A DNA stretch of 63,982 bases, the filler included, from Phoronis australis (Eukaryota > Animalia > Phoronida), in NCBI GenBank assembly GCA_002633005.1. It is 6 parts of 6 records of this genome, joined end to end, with 100 filler letters (N's around TTAATTAATTAA, not from the genome) between each part and the next. Parts side by side here need not be neighbours in the genome. Positions count along the whole stretch, not along the records: positions 24,090 to 32,849 come from NMRA01001119.1; positions 32,950 to 53,673 come from NMRA01001423.1; 4 more parts are not named here. One strand, given 5' to 3'. Under the pieces are notes generated by a model, which ran no database searches, was not told the origin of the DNA, and saw nothing but the letters and a program-made list of their open reading frames with translations. The first letter of the stretch is position 1, and each line of letters opens with the position of its first letter. Shown one piece after another: positions 25,351-39,284 of the stretch. Made by a program: the position numbers and the translations under genes.

Positions 25351-25793
25351 ACTATGAGTAGTTGAATGTTAGCATGCTTCTATCGGGGTCGCTGGTTTGA
25401 TTCCCCGGCCGTTAATCTCGGGCTTTGCTATTACTACAGCTCCATGCCCAAATGCCTGTGGCTATGAGTATAAAATTGTAGTGGAAACAGCAATGAACAA
25501 ACTCTGAAACAGCGAAGTCAGTCACAACGATTTCAGGCAGGACAAGAACTTTACTATGGGCTTTAATTTTTGCCATGGTCACTTTGACATTCGTTTAGAC
25601 ACTCTTATTGCGTCTTCAAGCCAATAATCTTGGCCTATGCATTTGTATTTTAGATATACTCACGTATTCACACTTACCACTGAAACCACTGCAAAGGGTA
25701 TCCATGCGGAAGCAAGTGCTCCGCCAGCATCCATTTTTGTTATGATTTAGTTCACGCGAGACTTCAAGAGAATGACCTAGTTGTGTACAAATC

Positions 25794-25802
25794 TGGCGCG
25801 AA
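25794..25802. promoter_or_regulatory. E2F-like site just upstream of the PRIM2 start codon
   Basis: TGGCGCGAA (TTCGCGCCA on the minus strand) about 35 bp before the ATG; replication genes are classic E2F targets. Confidence 0.45.
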
Positions 25803-25836
25803 CTTTGCAGAGGTAGGAAGAAAACAAGAGAGAAAA

Positions 25837-25987
25837 ATGGATTTTTCTGGGTCGTCCAGATCTAAACGTATTGCCAACGCATCAAAGAAAACTGATTATA
25901 GCCAGGTCTTGCAGTTTTATGACCTCCCACCAAGGGAAAACGTTTCCCTTCAAGAATTTGAGGATTTGGCAGTAGAGAGACTGAAAG
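25837..25987 (+). CDS. PRIM2: DNA primase large subunit (p58), first coding exon
   Basis: MDFSG...LQFYDLPPRENVSLQEFEDLAVERLK matches the PRIM2 N-terminal pattern (MEFSG...[26 protein letters not shown]); G|gtattt donor. Confidence 0.92.
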
Positions 25988-26082
25988 GTATTTTTGCCAA
26001 ATTATGTCTTGGATTAGGACTTGTACAAAGCTGATCGTCCCCAATACGCTACAAATAATACTTCATGTAGTGTATTGGGGAN

Positions 26083-29000
26083 TTGGTCAATGTCTGTATT
26101 GTCTACCTATTGGTCAATGTCTGTATTGTCTACCTATTGGTCAATGTCTGTATTGTCTACCTATTGGTCAATGTCTGTATTGTCTACCTATTGGTCAATG
26201 TCTGTATTGTCTACCTATTGGTCAATGTCTGTATTGTCTACCTATTGGTCAATGTCTGTATTGTCTACCTATTGGTCAATGTCTGTATTGTCTACCTATT
26301 GGTCAATGTCTGTATTGTCTACCTATTGGTCAATGTCTGTATTGTCTACCTATTGGTCAATGTCTGTATTGTCTACCTATTGGTCAATGTCTGTATTGTC
26401 TACCTATTGGTCAATGTCTGTATTGTCTACCTATTGGTCAATGTCTGTATTGTCTACCTATTGGTCAATGTCTGTATTGTCTACCTATTGGTCAATGTCT
26501 GTATTGTCTACCTATTGGTCAATGTCTGTATTGTCTACCTATTGGTCAATGTCTGTATTGTCTACCTATTGGTCAATGTCTGTATTGTCTACCTATTGGT
26601 CAATGTCTGTATTGTCTACCTATTGGTCAATGTCTGTATTGTCTACCTATTGGTCAATGTCTGTATTGTCTACCTATTGGTCAATGTCTGTATTGTCTAC
26701 CTATTGGTCAATGTCTGTATTGTCTACCTATTGGTCAATGTCTGTATTGTCTACCTATTGGTCAATGTCTGTATTGTCTACCTATTGGTCAATGTCTGTA
26801 TTGTCTACCTATTGGTCAATGTCTGTATTGTCTACCTATTGGTCAATGTCTGTATTGTCTACCTATTGGTCAATGTCTGTATTGTCTACCTATTGGTCAA
26901 TGTCTGTATTGTCTACCTATTGGTCAATGTCTGTATTGTCTACCTATTGGTCAATGTCTGTATTGTCTACCTATTGGTCAATGTCTGTATTGTCTACCTA
27001 TTGGTCAATGTCTGTATTGTCTACCTATTGGTCAATGTCTGTATTGTCTACCTATTGGTCAATGTCTGTATTGTCTACCTATTGGTCAATGTCTGTATTG
27101 TCTACCTATTGGTCAATGTCTGTATTGTCTACCTATTGGTCAATGTCTGTATTGTCTACCTATTGGTCAATGTCTGTATTGTCTACCTATTGGTCAATGT
27201 CTGTATTGTCTACCTATTGGTCAATGTCTGTATTGTCTACCTATTGGTCAATGTCTGTATTGTCTACCTATTGGTCAATGTCTGTATTGTCTACCTATTG
27301 GTCAATGTCTGTATTGTCTACCTATTGGTCAATGTCTGTATTGTCTACCTATTGGTCAATGTCTGTATTGTCTACCTATTGGTCAATGTCTGTATTGTCT
27401 ACCTATTGGTCAATGTCTGTATTGTCTACCTATTGGTCAATGTCTGTATTGTCTACCTATTGGTCAATGTCTGTATTGTCTACCTATTGGTCAATGTCTG
27501 TATTGTCTACCTATTGGTCAATGTCTGTATTGTCTACCTATTGGTCAATGTCTGTATTGTCTACCTATTGGTCAATGTCTGTATTGTCTACCTATTGGTC
27601 AATGTCTGTATTGTCTACCTATTGGTCAATGTCTGTATTGTCTACCTATTGGTCAATGTCTGTATTGTCTACCTATTGGTCAATGTCTGTATTGTCTACC
27701 TATTGGTCAATGTCTGTATTGTCTACCTATTGGTCAATGTCTGTATTGTCTACCTATTGGTCAATGTCTGTATTGTCTACCTATTGGTCAATGTCTGTAT
27801 TGTCTACCTATTGGTCAATGTCTGTATTGTCTACCTATTGGTCAATGTCTGTATTGTCTACCTATTGGTCAATGTCTGTATTGTCTACCTATTGGTCAAT
27901 GTCTGTATTGTCTACCTATTGGTCAATGTCTGTATTGTCTACCTATTGGTCAATGTCTGTATTGTCTACCTATTGGTCAATGTCTGTATTGTCTACCTAT
28001 TGGTCAATGTCTGTATTGTCTACCTATTGGTCAATGTCTGTATTGTCTACCTATTGGTCAATGTCTGTATTGTCTACCTATTGGTCAATGTCTGTATTGT
28101 CTACCTATTGGTCAATGTCTGTATTGTCTACCTATTGGTCAATGTCTGTATTGTCTACCTATTGGTCAATGTCTGTATTGTCTACCTATTGGTCAATGTC
28201 TGTATTGTCTACCTATTGGTCAATGTCTGTATTGTCTACCTATTGGTCAATGTCTGTATTGTCTACCTATTGGTCAATGTCTGTATTGTCTACCTATTGG
28301 TCAATGTCTGTATTGTCTACCTATTGGTCAATGTCTGTATTGTCTACCTATTGGTCAATGTCTGTATTGTCTACCTATTGGTCAATGTCTGTATTGTCTA
28401 CCTATTGGTCAATGTCTGTATTGTCTACCTATTGGTCAATGTCTGTATTGTCTACCTATTGGTCAATGTCTGTATTGTCTACCTATTGGTCAATGTCTGT
28501 ATTGTCTACCTATTGGTCAATGTCTGTATTGTCTACCTATTGGTCAATGTCTGTATTGTCTACCTATTGGTCAATGTCTGTATTGTCTACCTATTGGTCA
28601 ATGTCTGTATTGTCTACCTATTGGTCAATGTCTGTATTGTCTACCTATTGGTCAATGTCTGTATTGTCTACCTATTGGTCAATGTCTGTATTGTCTACCT
28701 ATTGGTCAATGTCTGTATTGTCTACCTATTGGTCAATGTCTGTATTGTCTACCTATTGGTCAATGTCTGTATTGTCTACCTATTGGTCAATGTCTGTATT
28801 GTCTACCTATTGGTCAATGTCTGTATTGTCTACCTATTGGTCAATGTCTGTATTGTCTACCTATTGGTCAATGTCTGTATTGTCTACCTATTGGTCAATG
28901 TCTGTATTGTCTACCTATTGGTCAATGTCTGTATTGTCTACCTATTGGTCAATGTCTGTATTGTCTACCTATTGGTCAATGTCTGTATTGTCTACCTATT

Positions 29001-30393
29001 GGTCAATGTCTGTATTGTCTACCTATTGGTCAATGTCTGTATTGTCTACCTATTGGTCAATGTCTGTATTGTCTACCTATTGGTCAATGTCTGTATTGTC
29101 TACCTATTGGTCAATGTCTGTATTGTCTACCTATTGGTCAATGTCTGTATTGTCTACCTATTGGTCAATGTCTGTATTGTCTACCTATTGGTCAATGTCT
29201 GTATTGTCTACCTATTGGTCAATGTCTGTATTGTCTACCTATTGGTCAATGTCTGTATTGTCTACCTATTGGTCAATGTCTGTATTGTCTACCTATTGGT
29301 CAATGTCTGTATTGTCTACCTATTGGTCAATGTCTGTATTGTCTACCTATTGGTCAATGTCTGTATTGTCTACCTATTGGTCAATGTCTGTATTGTCTAC
29401 CTATTGGTCAATGTCTGTATTGTCTACCTATTGGTCAATGTCTGTATTGTCTACCTATTGGTCAATGTCTGTATTGTCTACCTATTGGTCAATGTCTGTA
29501 TTGTCTACCTATTGGTCAATGTCTGTATTGTCTACCTATTGGTCAATGTCTGTATTGTCTACCTATTGGTCAATGTCTGTATTGTCTACCTATTGGTCAA
29601 TGTCTGTATTGTCTACCTATTGGTCAATGTCTGTATTGTCTACCTATTGGTCAATGTCTGTATTGTCTACCTATTGGTCAATGTCTGTATTGTCTACCTA
29701 TTGGTCAATGTCTGTATTGTCTACCTATTGGTCAATGTCTGTATTGTCTACCTATTGGTCAATGTCTGTATTGTCTACCTATTGGTCAATGTCTGTATTG
29801 TCTACCTATTGGTCAATGTCTGTATTGTCTACCTATTGGTCAATGTCTGTATTGTCTACCTATTGGTCAATGTCTGTATTGTCTACCTATTGGTCAATGT
29901 CTGTATTGTCTACCTATTGGTCAATGTCTGTATTGTCTACCTATTGGTCAATGTCTGTATTGTCTACCTATTGGTCAATGTCTGTATTGTCTACCTATTG
30001 GTCAATGTCTGTATTGTCTACCTATTGGTCAATGTCTGTATTGTCTACCTATTGGTCAATGTCTGTATTGTCTACCTATTGGTCAATGTCTGTATTGTCT
30101 ACCTATTGGTCAATGTCTGTATTGTCTACCTATTGGTCAATGTCTGTATTGTCTACCTATTGGTCAATGTCTGTATTGTCTACCTATTGGTCAATGTCTG
30201 TATTGTCTACCTATTGGTCAATGTCTGTATTGTCTACCTATTGGTCAATGTCTGTATTGTCTACCTATTGGTCAATGTCTGTATTGTCTACCTATTGGTC
30301 AATGTCTGTATTGTCTACCTATTGGTCAATGTCTGTATTGTCTACCTATTGGTCAATGTCTGTATTGTCTACCTATTGGTCAATGTCTGTATT
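26083..30393. repeat. Perfect 27-bp tandem array (TTGGTCAATGTCTGTATTGTCTACCTA), 159 copies plus 18 bp, in PRIM2 intron 1
   Basis: No variant unit seen; begins right after a single N at 26082. Confidence 0.97.
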
Positions 30394-30609
30394 TACAATT
30401 TTTCAATCAAACTGTTCTTACCAGTGTCATGGGAAATACTGTATGCAACCCTGTGTACCCGGGAAATAGTTTACCTCATTAAGTACACTGTTTGCCGTGC
30501 CTGCTTTTTTAGGCGTAACATACTGTTCCTTGTATTAACAAATGTGTGCTGTTTTAAGGTATGGATTCAATTTTTACTCTGATTGACAAGTTCCTATTAT
30601 TTTTTCTAG

Positions 30610-30728
30610 TCTTAAAAGCTGTTGAGAATGCAGGGATCAGGTTTGTGAAAGGGCGTACTGAATACAATGAAGCTGTTGAAAAAGAGCTGGATAAGATGAA
30701 GATTAGGTGGGCGTTGAACCGTACACAG
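30610..30728 (+). CDS. PRIM2: DNA primase large subunit, second coding exon
   Basis: tttttctag acceptor in matching phase 1; VLKAVENAGIRFVKGRTEYNEAVEKELDKMKI resembles [32 protein letters not shown]; gtaaac donor. Confidence 0.88.
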
Positions 30729-31436
30729 GTAAACTCTATAGTTCTATGCTCATCATTCTTGAATGGTAAAATTAGAGAAAGTTTTTTTGCCTTTCGTATT
30801 TTTGTATGATATGATCTGAAGCTTGTTTGCTGTAAAAAAAGATCGGAAGTAAAGTTGGTGAATGGCATTTATAAAAGACATTCGTCAAAAGTAAAAATAA
30901 CATGACAAAATACAGGCAAACATACTGTGAACAGAAGAATGTGTAAACCATCTATAAAATGAGTCAAACAAAAATAACTGTGAAGATGAGTTTATTTAAC
31001 TAATGATGCCTATCTAGTCAATCCCGGTATCATGGCGTATCATGGCGTATCATGGCGCAGGGGTTTATATAACTGCCGTCTTTTAACGGGATAGCTTAAA
31101 TTCTGTTGTTCAATTGATCCAAAAATATGTTTTACATGAGAAATGTATTGCACAAGCTTAAATTTATATGTTTTAAGTTAAAGTTGTACGGAAACTGGTG
31201 ATTATTGCATGAAATGAGCGTGCCTTCAAATTGAGCGTGTGCAATTCAACAGGAAGTAATCTGTTGTGAGTCATAATTGTTTGTCAAAAACCGGTAAGGC
31301 CCTACCAGGGCATGCCCTTGTAATGTGATCACCTGCTTTCTACGGTAAAATCTAAATGGGAGATCAGATGCCATGCATCACCTTGCTATTTCTGGGTATT
31401 ACGACACTCATTTGGTCGTTGTGCTTTGGCATGTAC

Positions 31437-31560
31437 AGGGCTCGACGCTATTAAAATCGCCAGGTCGCATTTTGCGACCTAGCCAGAATCCCAGGTCGCA
31501 TTTCCAAAATCCAGCTCGCATTCATAAATGCCAGGTCGCAAAAATTTTCCGCCATTTTTA
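31437..31560 (+). mobile_element. Left end of a hAT-like transposon in PRIM2 intron 2
   Basis: CAGGGCTCG terminus followed by repeated CCAGGTCGCA/TGCGACC subterminal motifs. Confidence 0.45.
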
Positions 31561-32849
31561 CGCGCCAAAATTGATTTTGGATCATTGAGAAAATGTTTAG
31601 ATTATGCTCTTTCCTGCCGCGTTAAATACTCACAAATTTCAGATCCCAAAACTGACTTCGTTCATGCAGGTACGGCGTTACTGTTCTACACGACCGCCAT
31701 TGAAAGTCTCTAGAGCGCAAGTCAAGTTCCCGACGTGGAAGTTGAATTAGTGCTCTCTAACTGACACGTGCAATCGAGTAGCTAAGTTTGCGATTTGAAA
31801 AGGGAGAAAATGCCCGTTGAAAAAGTATCCGGGATTTTGCTAGGTCTGACCTGCTACTGGCTGGCATCAAAGTCGTTAAAGATTCGAACTAACTCCAAGG
31901 GCAAATTCCCTCCGCTTTTTGTTCGCAGCCCACATTTTGCAACTTAACTCATGTTCGAAAAACGTCTGTCGAAAAAAAAACGTGAAACGATGCTTTAACC
32001 GAATAAACAATTCTGTGCAAATTTCACAACAAAAATGTACGTAATACTTATGCTGTTTACGTACTCAACAATTAGTTTTCCATGAAGTGAATAGCCTCCA
32101 AATAATTCCCGACTCCCTCCGTGCGAGTTTCCATCTGGTAATGGCAAGTTTGCTCAATACCTTCCAGGTACAGGGAAAATAGGTCAGTCACAAAACGACA
32201 CGCATGTCACTAGTGTTAACTTTCTTTCGGAGGTATAAAACAAAGCCGGGAATTGGTTTTTACATATTGAGAAAAGACGTTTTTTGAAAACAGAATTTGT
32301 TGTGTAAAGTGAGAGTGACACACCATATAGGCTGCGAGTCAATTTTAAACCACGTGCGGTCGTTGGTAGTGCGATATGATGGGCGCTAGCCTAAACTGCG
32401 GGCGCTTAATTGGAAATTCTCAAAAGTTGAGGAGGAACGCTTCGGGTCAGTGAGCACTTATTGTGAAACACTTCAAAGGTAGGGAGTAGGTTTTGCGTTA
32501 GCATAGTCGTTAACCTGAGTGTTTGCGGTAATAAGATATTAAAAGACTACAATAAAACGTCATAATAATGCGATTTTGCAAGGCAAACTCCATATAGTAG
32601 GGGTGACTTTCTGCATATCGTTACCACCTACACTGTACCCTTTTTAGCCACAAGGAATAATTTTGTTTTTAATTGCCCGCTTCAGCTGGAACATGGTTGT
32701 TTCTATTGGAGTCTGAACATTTTTGCGGAGGCGGTGGTCAGGGAAACGAAAAGTTGCCCGGGAGGGGGTGGGAGGAGGCCGAAGAGAAGAATAAAAAGTT
32801 CGCTAAACACAATTTCGCATCTAGTACCCGTTTAGTTGCAATAGCTGGC

Positions 32850-32949
32850 NNNNNNNNNNNNNNNNNNNNNNNNNNNNNNNNNNNNNNNNNNNNTTAATTA
32901 ATTAANNNNNNNNNNNNNNNNNNNNNNNNNNNNNNNNNNNNNNNNNNNN
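32850..32949. other. Artificial scaffold linker
   Basis: N44-TTAATTAATTAA-N44. Confidence 0.95.
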
Positions 32950-33259
32950 TTCCTTATTTCTGCTGTCATATAGTACACTAAATACAAATCACTTTGGTCT
33001 TAGAGCAACCAAATATTTGGGGCCGGTCCTGGGTCGATAAAGACGCTGATCTAACTGCCAATTCGGGGTAAAGAATGGGGAGTTATGTAAACCCAAATCT
33101 TATGCAAAATATGAATAAAAATTGGACTGGATGCAGGCAATGTACTATGTGAGTTAAAGATAAACGAACTGAATGCGTTTTGGGGAACTTGAGTGACTAA
33201 TCAGCGGCAGGTTCTTTGAAACAACAACAACGCCCATCGTAGAAAAGCGCCCACGATTA

Positions 33260-36200
33260 TAGTCGGTGGGCCAGAATTTGTAGGGCCTCTAGAAAATGGT
33301 TTTTGTGAGTACCTTAGGGGGGCAATTTTATTTTGGTGTTTTTTTAATTCATTTATTAGAGTGTTTTCAAAATCTAAAAAGTTACCACATATAAAGTTGC
33401 ACATTTTTGAGAAATTTGAGTATGAAGTTACTTAATAATCACAAAAGAGCTTAGTAAACTTTTATTTGTAAAAAAACAGTTTTGGTGACTTTTTGTAAAA
33501 CAAGTAACATGGTCCCATCAGTGCCATTGTATTGAACAATATTACACTCACATTACATGTTTTACTATTGTAGATTAATTGTAAACAGTGAAATTTAACA
33601 AATGTATAGAGGCAACTAGTGGCAAAAATGCAAACTAAGTCTGAATGTTATTAGGAAGTTATTCTGGCATTGTCTGGCAACAAAAATAACACAAAACATT
33701 TGAGACTGGGCAAAATTTGTGCCTCAATGACTAAAACATTGACTAATGGTGTAAAATACAGCTTGTTTGCATAATACACCAGAAATACGTTATAGTACAA
33801 AACAATATAGTTGAATGATCTCTGTGAATGTGCACACAGACTGTATGAAAATAATAGATTATTCTGACCGCGTTTATCAAGCAGTATGAGACAAATAAAT
33901 GACAATGATCAAAGTATGTACTTTCTATGACTTAATCAACAAATAAAATTAACTTTTTAATACAAAAAACGAAATAACGGGGTTGGAGGTCTATTTAGGG
34001 TTGACTTGTCAAAGAACTATCCAATGTTATGCAGTCAGTGTTGCTGATGCTACTACAGTTGTCACAGCTGCACATTTCTGTACAGTTTGACCCAGCATTG
34101 CAGCACAAACTCAGTTACCCAGCACACATGTTCTTTTTGCACTTGCAGCGTTCATCGTTTAGTACTGTCAATGGAGATGCGGGCCTTGCCATATATTTTA
34201 ACTGCAAAGCTCCATTGCCAAGGAGCCAACTGTGGTCAATTAGAGAGGGTACAGTACTGCACACTGGTGATTGGCCCGCAGGCAATAAAGGGTCAAACAC
34301 TAAGTTCTTGTTTGGAGGCGGGCAGTATTTGGGCAAACGTTTGATTCAAAATATGTTATAATGGGCTGTGTTAATTGGAGTCAGCTAGTGAATTATTGAA
34401 CCATAGCCTCAATTCACTTTCGTATCTCTTAGTCGGGCACAAACTACGACACCGAGTAGCTTCAACAATATTTCTTAAGATTGCCTGTCCAAATAACTTC
34501 ATGCACACCAGCTTTCTGAAGAACAGCTTCAAAGTCTTGCTTTAATTTTGAAAGGCAAATGACATCTCCATGAGTTAGAAGCTTTGATTCAATGAACTCC
34601 AAACAAAACTGTAGGAAAACATCTCTGAAAACTGTGGATTCGTCACTATTCACAATCGTTGTCGTTCTGTTTTTTTTATAGCATGATGATCTGTGGTACT
34701 TGGCTTCTAAGACACAAAGTCTTTATCTTTGAATTTCATTTTCATATTCGGAGCTCTGGACTGAGCTGTTGCTTGCGATACAAGTCCAACTGAAAAAAAC
34801 GAACTGTTAACACTAATTTAACATTCAACTATGAGTGAGTTGGCATGCAACTTTTTCAGACGGACTTATCAGGAACTGAGACACCATCAGCCTAACAAAT
34901 TTACATGCCGTCTGATCTGTCGCCTAAAAATGTTGATCGTCTAATAATTAGATTAGTTGATGCAATTAAAAATAAATCAACTGAAATTTATTTTTTTTAA
35001 ATCAGATGCTCAAACCATAGTCAATCGATTTACACTTAAGGTAATCAATATTTGACGAAATGGACAGTGGCTTCCATCGTCCTCAAATTACGACAGCGAC
35101 GATGGTCACTTAATTATCATTGCAGCTACCTAAGTAATTCATGTTTACAAAAAATTGAGAAGAGGTTCCCCCTACCCCAGGACTACGGCAGGGGATGATG
35201 GCCACTTGGGCATGTTGTTTGCAACCATCTACTCCATTTAACCTTCTCAAAAATTTTTGACTAAAGTGTTTTAAAATCACACCACAGTATAACGCCATAT
35301 GATTATCCCTTAGCACAAGCAGTGTCGATGTGGCAACTGAGCAATGGAGTATTCGAAAAAATAGGATTGCAGGAGTATTTGTTTAAACTGGCAACAAATG
35401 AAAACATTAACGACCTCCTCAGTGGCATCACTCTACGCGGTACTTCTAAACTTATAGGAACATAAGTTGCCGAAAAGCATCCGGCATATGGAGTACCTAT
35501 GGTATGATCACCGTCTCTACTGTGTCAGCGGTATTGTCTAAAGCCTAGGCAGCCAAGGGGCTGAACAAGTTAAAAAAAACAACTGGTGATAATACTGAAA
35601 CACACATGGAAAACACCAAGATGTACCTTTCAAAAACACGTACCTGTATTTGAAAGCTATACATCTTTCTCTTCTTGAAATATGGTCCATAATATACTTT
35701 TCCTGCTAACAAGTGATGCACTCATGTTTCAGAATGTTCCTATCTTGTTCAGGTTAATTGGGTGTTTCAGATTTTGGAAGTATAATTGATTTTCTTGGGA
35801 AATCTTGGATAACATCTGTATCACTTTCAGCAACTTCAGCTTTAGTACTACTGCTGGTGCCTTGAAACGTTGCTATGCCGTTCTATGTCCTTTCAATTTT
35901 TTGGTCTGACACTTGGTCTTCTAGTCTACAGCACTCAGCAGTATACTGTGTAGGCTATACCAGGATATGCATCTGCTTTCTGCACAAACGTTTGTGACAC
36001 CTCTTCTTCTTTTTGATCTACTGATCTACAGATTTCTGTAGTCCATCAGCTTTCGTCAGGAAGCTTTCCTAAGCTTCTTTGGGCTCTGGCATCACAACTT
36101 TGTGCTGTTTGATAAACCTTGAATTATACTGGTATCACACTCCATGGGAGCAGCCATATTGAAGTAACTAAGCACAACAATACGATCTGGCTCTCTGATT

Positions 36201-36414
36201 GGTCAATTCAATAGAAAAGCGCCACCAAGTGGCAGGAATGTGCATCATATTTTGTGCAACAAAAACACCTTTTTTTAAAAAAATGTGCAAGTGTAGACGT
36301 GGGAACTTTTTGGAATTTGATTTATAGGTATATTATCTAGCCACATAGAAAAAACTAGGTTGCCCCCCAAAGTACTCACAACGATGAACGCTATGAGATT
36401 TGGCCCACCGACTA
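33260..36414 (-). mobile_element. Academ DNA transposon, internally deleted, with transposase remnants
   Basis: TAG...CTA termini with 14-bp TIR and 3-bp TSD TTA; minus-strand relics EAKYHRSSC (~34700) and C-terminal HSW...P..P...CKCKKNMC...C.....CTEMCSCDNC (CXC-like, ~34060-34250). Confidence 0.88.
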
Positions 36415-39284
36415 TTACACCATAAACGTTGTGCTTCTTGTTGTGTTTATTAGTATCATAAAATAGCCATTAGTTGGTGCAAAATACTAAGTATAGGAAG
36501 GCGTCGTCTCTGTAGTGTAAAACTATCTGCCAAATTTAATGCCATGCGTGAAAGAACTCCAAGGATATAGAGACAAACGTACAAAAACCAAATTGCAACC
36601 AGGAAATACAGTGGTAGTCAGATGCGTTCATTTCTGGAGATGCAGCTGTAACTGCGAAAAAAAACACTAGGGGACACTGCAGTAGTTGAACCATTCTGAA
36701 AATTCACACCAAGTGTGCTCTCGTCAGTAGAAACTCACCAGCTAATTTTCATAATGACCCTCTCCGCTGTTTGGCGGATACAGAAGGGGTTACTCAAACA
36801 TAATCAAAATGGTCTCAAAGTTGTGCTGGAAACTTCTAATACGTGCGAAAATGGATAGCTTGAATCGCCGTCATGACAGACACTTATTTGTCACTAAGGG
36901 GCACAGCGGGTAGTCCAAGAATTGGCCTATCGCCAGGATTTGGAGTGACGGCTTTTAAAACTGACCATTTAGTAGAACGCAGTAATATTGACACACCTTC
37001 GTTTTCAAGCCGCCATTTTACACGACAAACAACACATTGTTGAGTAAAACTTATATTTTGTTAGTCGACATTACACAAGGGGGCGGAGCTTGCGATAGGT
37101 CAATTCCGATGTGTCGTGGGCAGCAGTTGTCACATTTATAGGAAAACATCTACAGAACTTCACAAACGTCATGCAACGGAATACAAAGATACACTCATGG
37201 AAGCAAGCAACACAAATTCAACACTAAGCAGCACCACAGGTGTCCGAAAATCCACGCCAACCTTGGTCTTCTCATCAGGAACACAATATTGATCATTTTG
37301 AGCTTTTTGGTGGATTAAGAGACGGACGCCAAAACTGGACTCGAATTAATAAAAATGGCAACTACATGTAGGTGATGCAGAATTCGTCAATTACGTACAA
37401 AAATAGAAATGCGTTGTTTTCCCCTTAACAGAAACTTATTTGAGTAATTTCGTGACAATCCCTCGATGACTTGAACTCTAAAGATACAGAGGCAAAAGTA
37501 AAAGCTAAAATTGCCACTATACATGTAGGTGGCCAGCTGTTGTTGGATTGATCTAAAACTCGTCGTCATATATCTGTTGCATTTCCATGCTGAGCGTATT
37601 AATTTACTGGATTTTTGACTTCAATAAGTCAATTTTCCGACTGCAAAACCATATTTTTCCAGAGACCCGCCTCTGGCAAGGGATAAAGGAGACAACTGTC
37701 GTTTTTTTTTCTCGAATTGTATATCACTTGAGAAAAATTGATGACATAACAGATATCATCAATTGCTGCACATTTTTTGATTTTTGAAAATATAGATATT
37801 TTCACATTGAGGGGCCCCACCCCTAAAGGAGGCAATTGATGACATTCAAGTGGCCACAGTTTTGATGTTTTTATTGATAAATTCTTAAGGGTCCGCTCAC
37901 GGAGAGAGGGCCCAATGTTGGACTCGATTACGTCTATTTCCCTGTTTCTTTTTGTGAAATCGTGCAACCGACTATGATGTTGAAGAAGGTCATTTCCTGC
38001 ACCGTCTTGTGACAACACGACGGTGGAATGAACTGTCAGTTTATTCTAAGCTTAATGATGTTTAGCCTTTCACAATTAAAGTGTCCCATTTCAGACGGGA
38101 CCCTCTCTCGGTGGAGCAGTTAGGGGAAATGTTACTGTCTCTCTACATGTATCATGTAAACTATTCAGAGGGAAGTTGTTATTCCAAATTCTTCAAAAAA
38201 CATATACCGTTAACATTTGTGAACAGCACAGCAGTATCCAGACATTCGACCCCAAAAAACAAAAATGTGAAAAAATACAAGAGGCTTGACCGCTATCGAA
38301 AGGAAGTCAGGAATTTTAAACAACGCGAAGACCGATATTTGTTCGCAAAACAACTATTTCCGTTGCTTCGCTATAGAATAATATTCCAGTTTCCCATAGT
38401 ATCACAAGAATAGTGTCTCTTGTGAAAAAGGTTACTATGAGTTGCTTGTAAGGAATTCCGACATGCGGAAAAAACTGCTGTCGAGGCTTTTTGGCAATTA
38501 GAAGTTAATCTTTTAAGAAAAGATGGCGATTTAGGGAATTAAGTTGAATCCTGAATATGGAAAAAAAATAAAATCCGATCCCCAAATAGTGACGTGCACT
38601 TGGACGCTTCTTGCCTATCTAAAATAATTCAAAGACATTGATGAAATTTGGACACTTCCCAAAAATTTACTCGCAATTCAAATGACAATAAATGCATTGC
38701 TTTTTGACTTCAGTACAAGATTTGTTATTTAAACTCCCTAACAGGGGATCAAATAGGAATTAAGTCATTAAATCAAGATAGACGGATTATTCATGGATTT
38801 GATTGTTGGTTTCTGATTTTCAAACTTATTTATCTTCGAAAGTGGACTGATTGAGAGATGATTTTTTTGACAATTAGAAGCTACTCTTGTAAGAAATGAC
38901 AATGTTTCAATGATTCAGAACTTAATTGCAGGCCGACTTTGGGAAAATTCGATCTATCATCAAATCCCCAAATACAAAAGTACACTATTCGAAATAGTTC
39001 TTAAGGAAGTTGGTGAATTTTGGACAGCTCATTGAATGTTTCCTTAAATGTTCTCAAATTGTTTATTGGCTTAGGAACTAGATTACTGGGTTTAAGTTTA
39101 CAAACCATAGATAGAAAACGTTTAGTACTTAAATAAATAAACTTAAACTTATTGGTCATCAACTTGAAAAGGCTGTATTTGAACTTCCTTGATGTTTTTG
39201 ATTTCCAGTAGTATTGCACAATGAAATTTTGTTCTTCAAAACTGATTCGTTACCTTGCATTTCACGTGCATAATACACACACGG

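Noticed and set aside
26083-30393. CRISPR or telomeric array
   Set aside because: There are no spacers and no cas genes, the context is eukaryotic, and the array is internal to a gene with unique flanks.
26004-30582. Three ~1490-aa ORFs as real proteins (e.g. a giant CxxC metal-binding protein)
   Set aside because: They are translations of one 27-bp unit with no synonymous variation, and they lie inside the intron between two clear PRIM2 exons.
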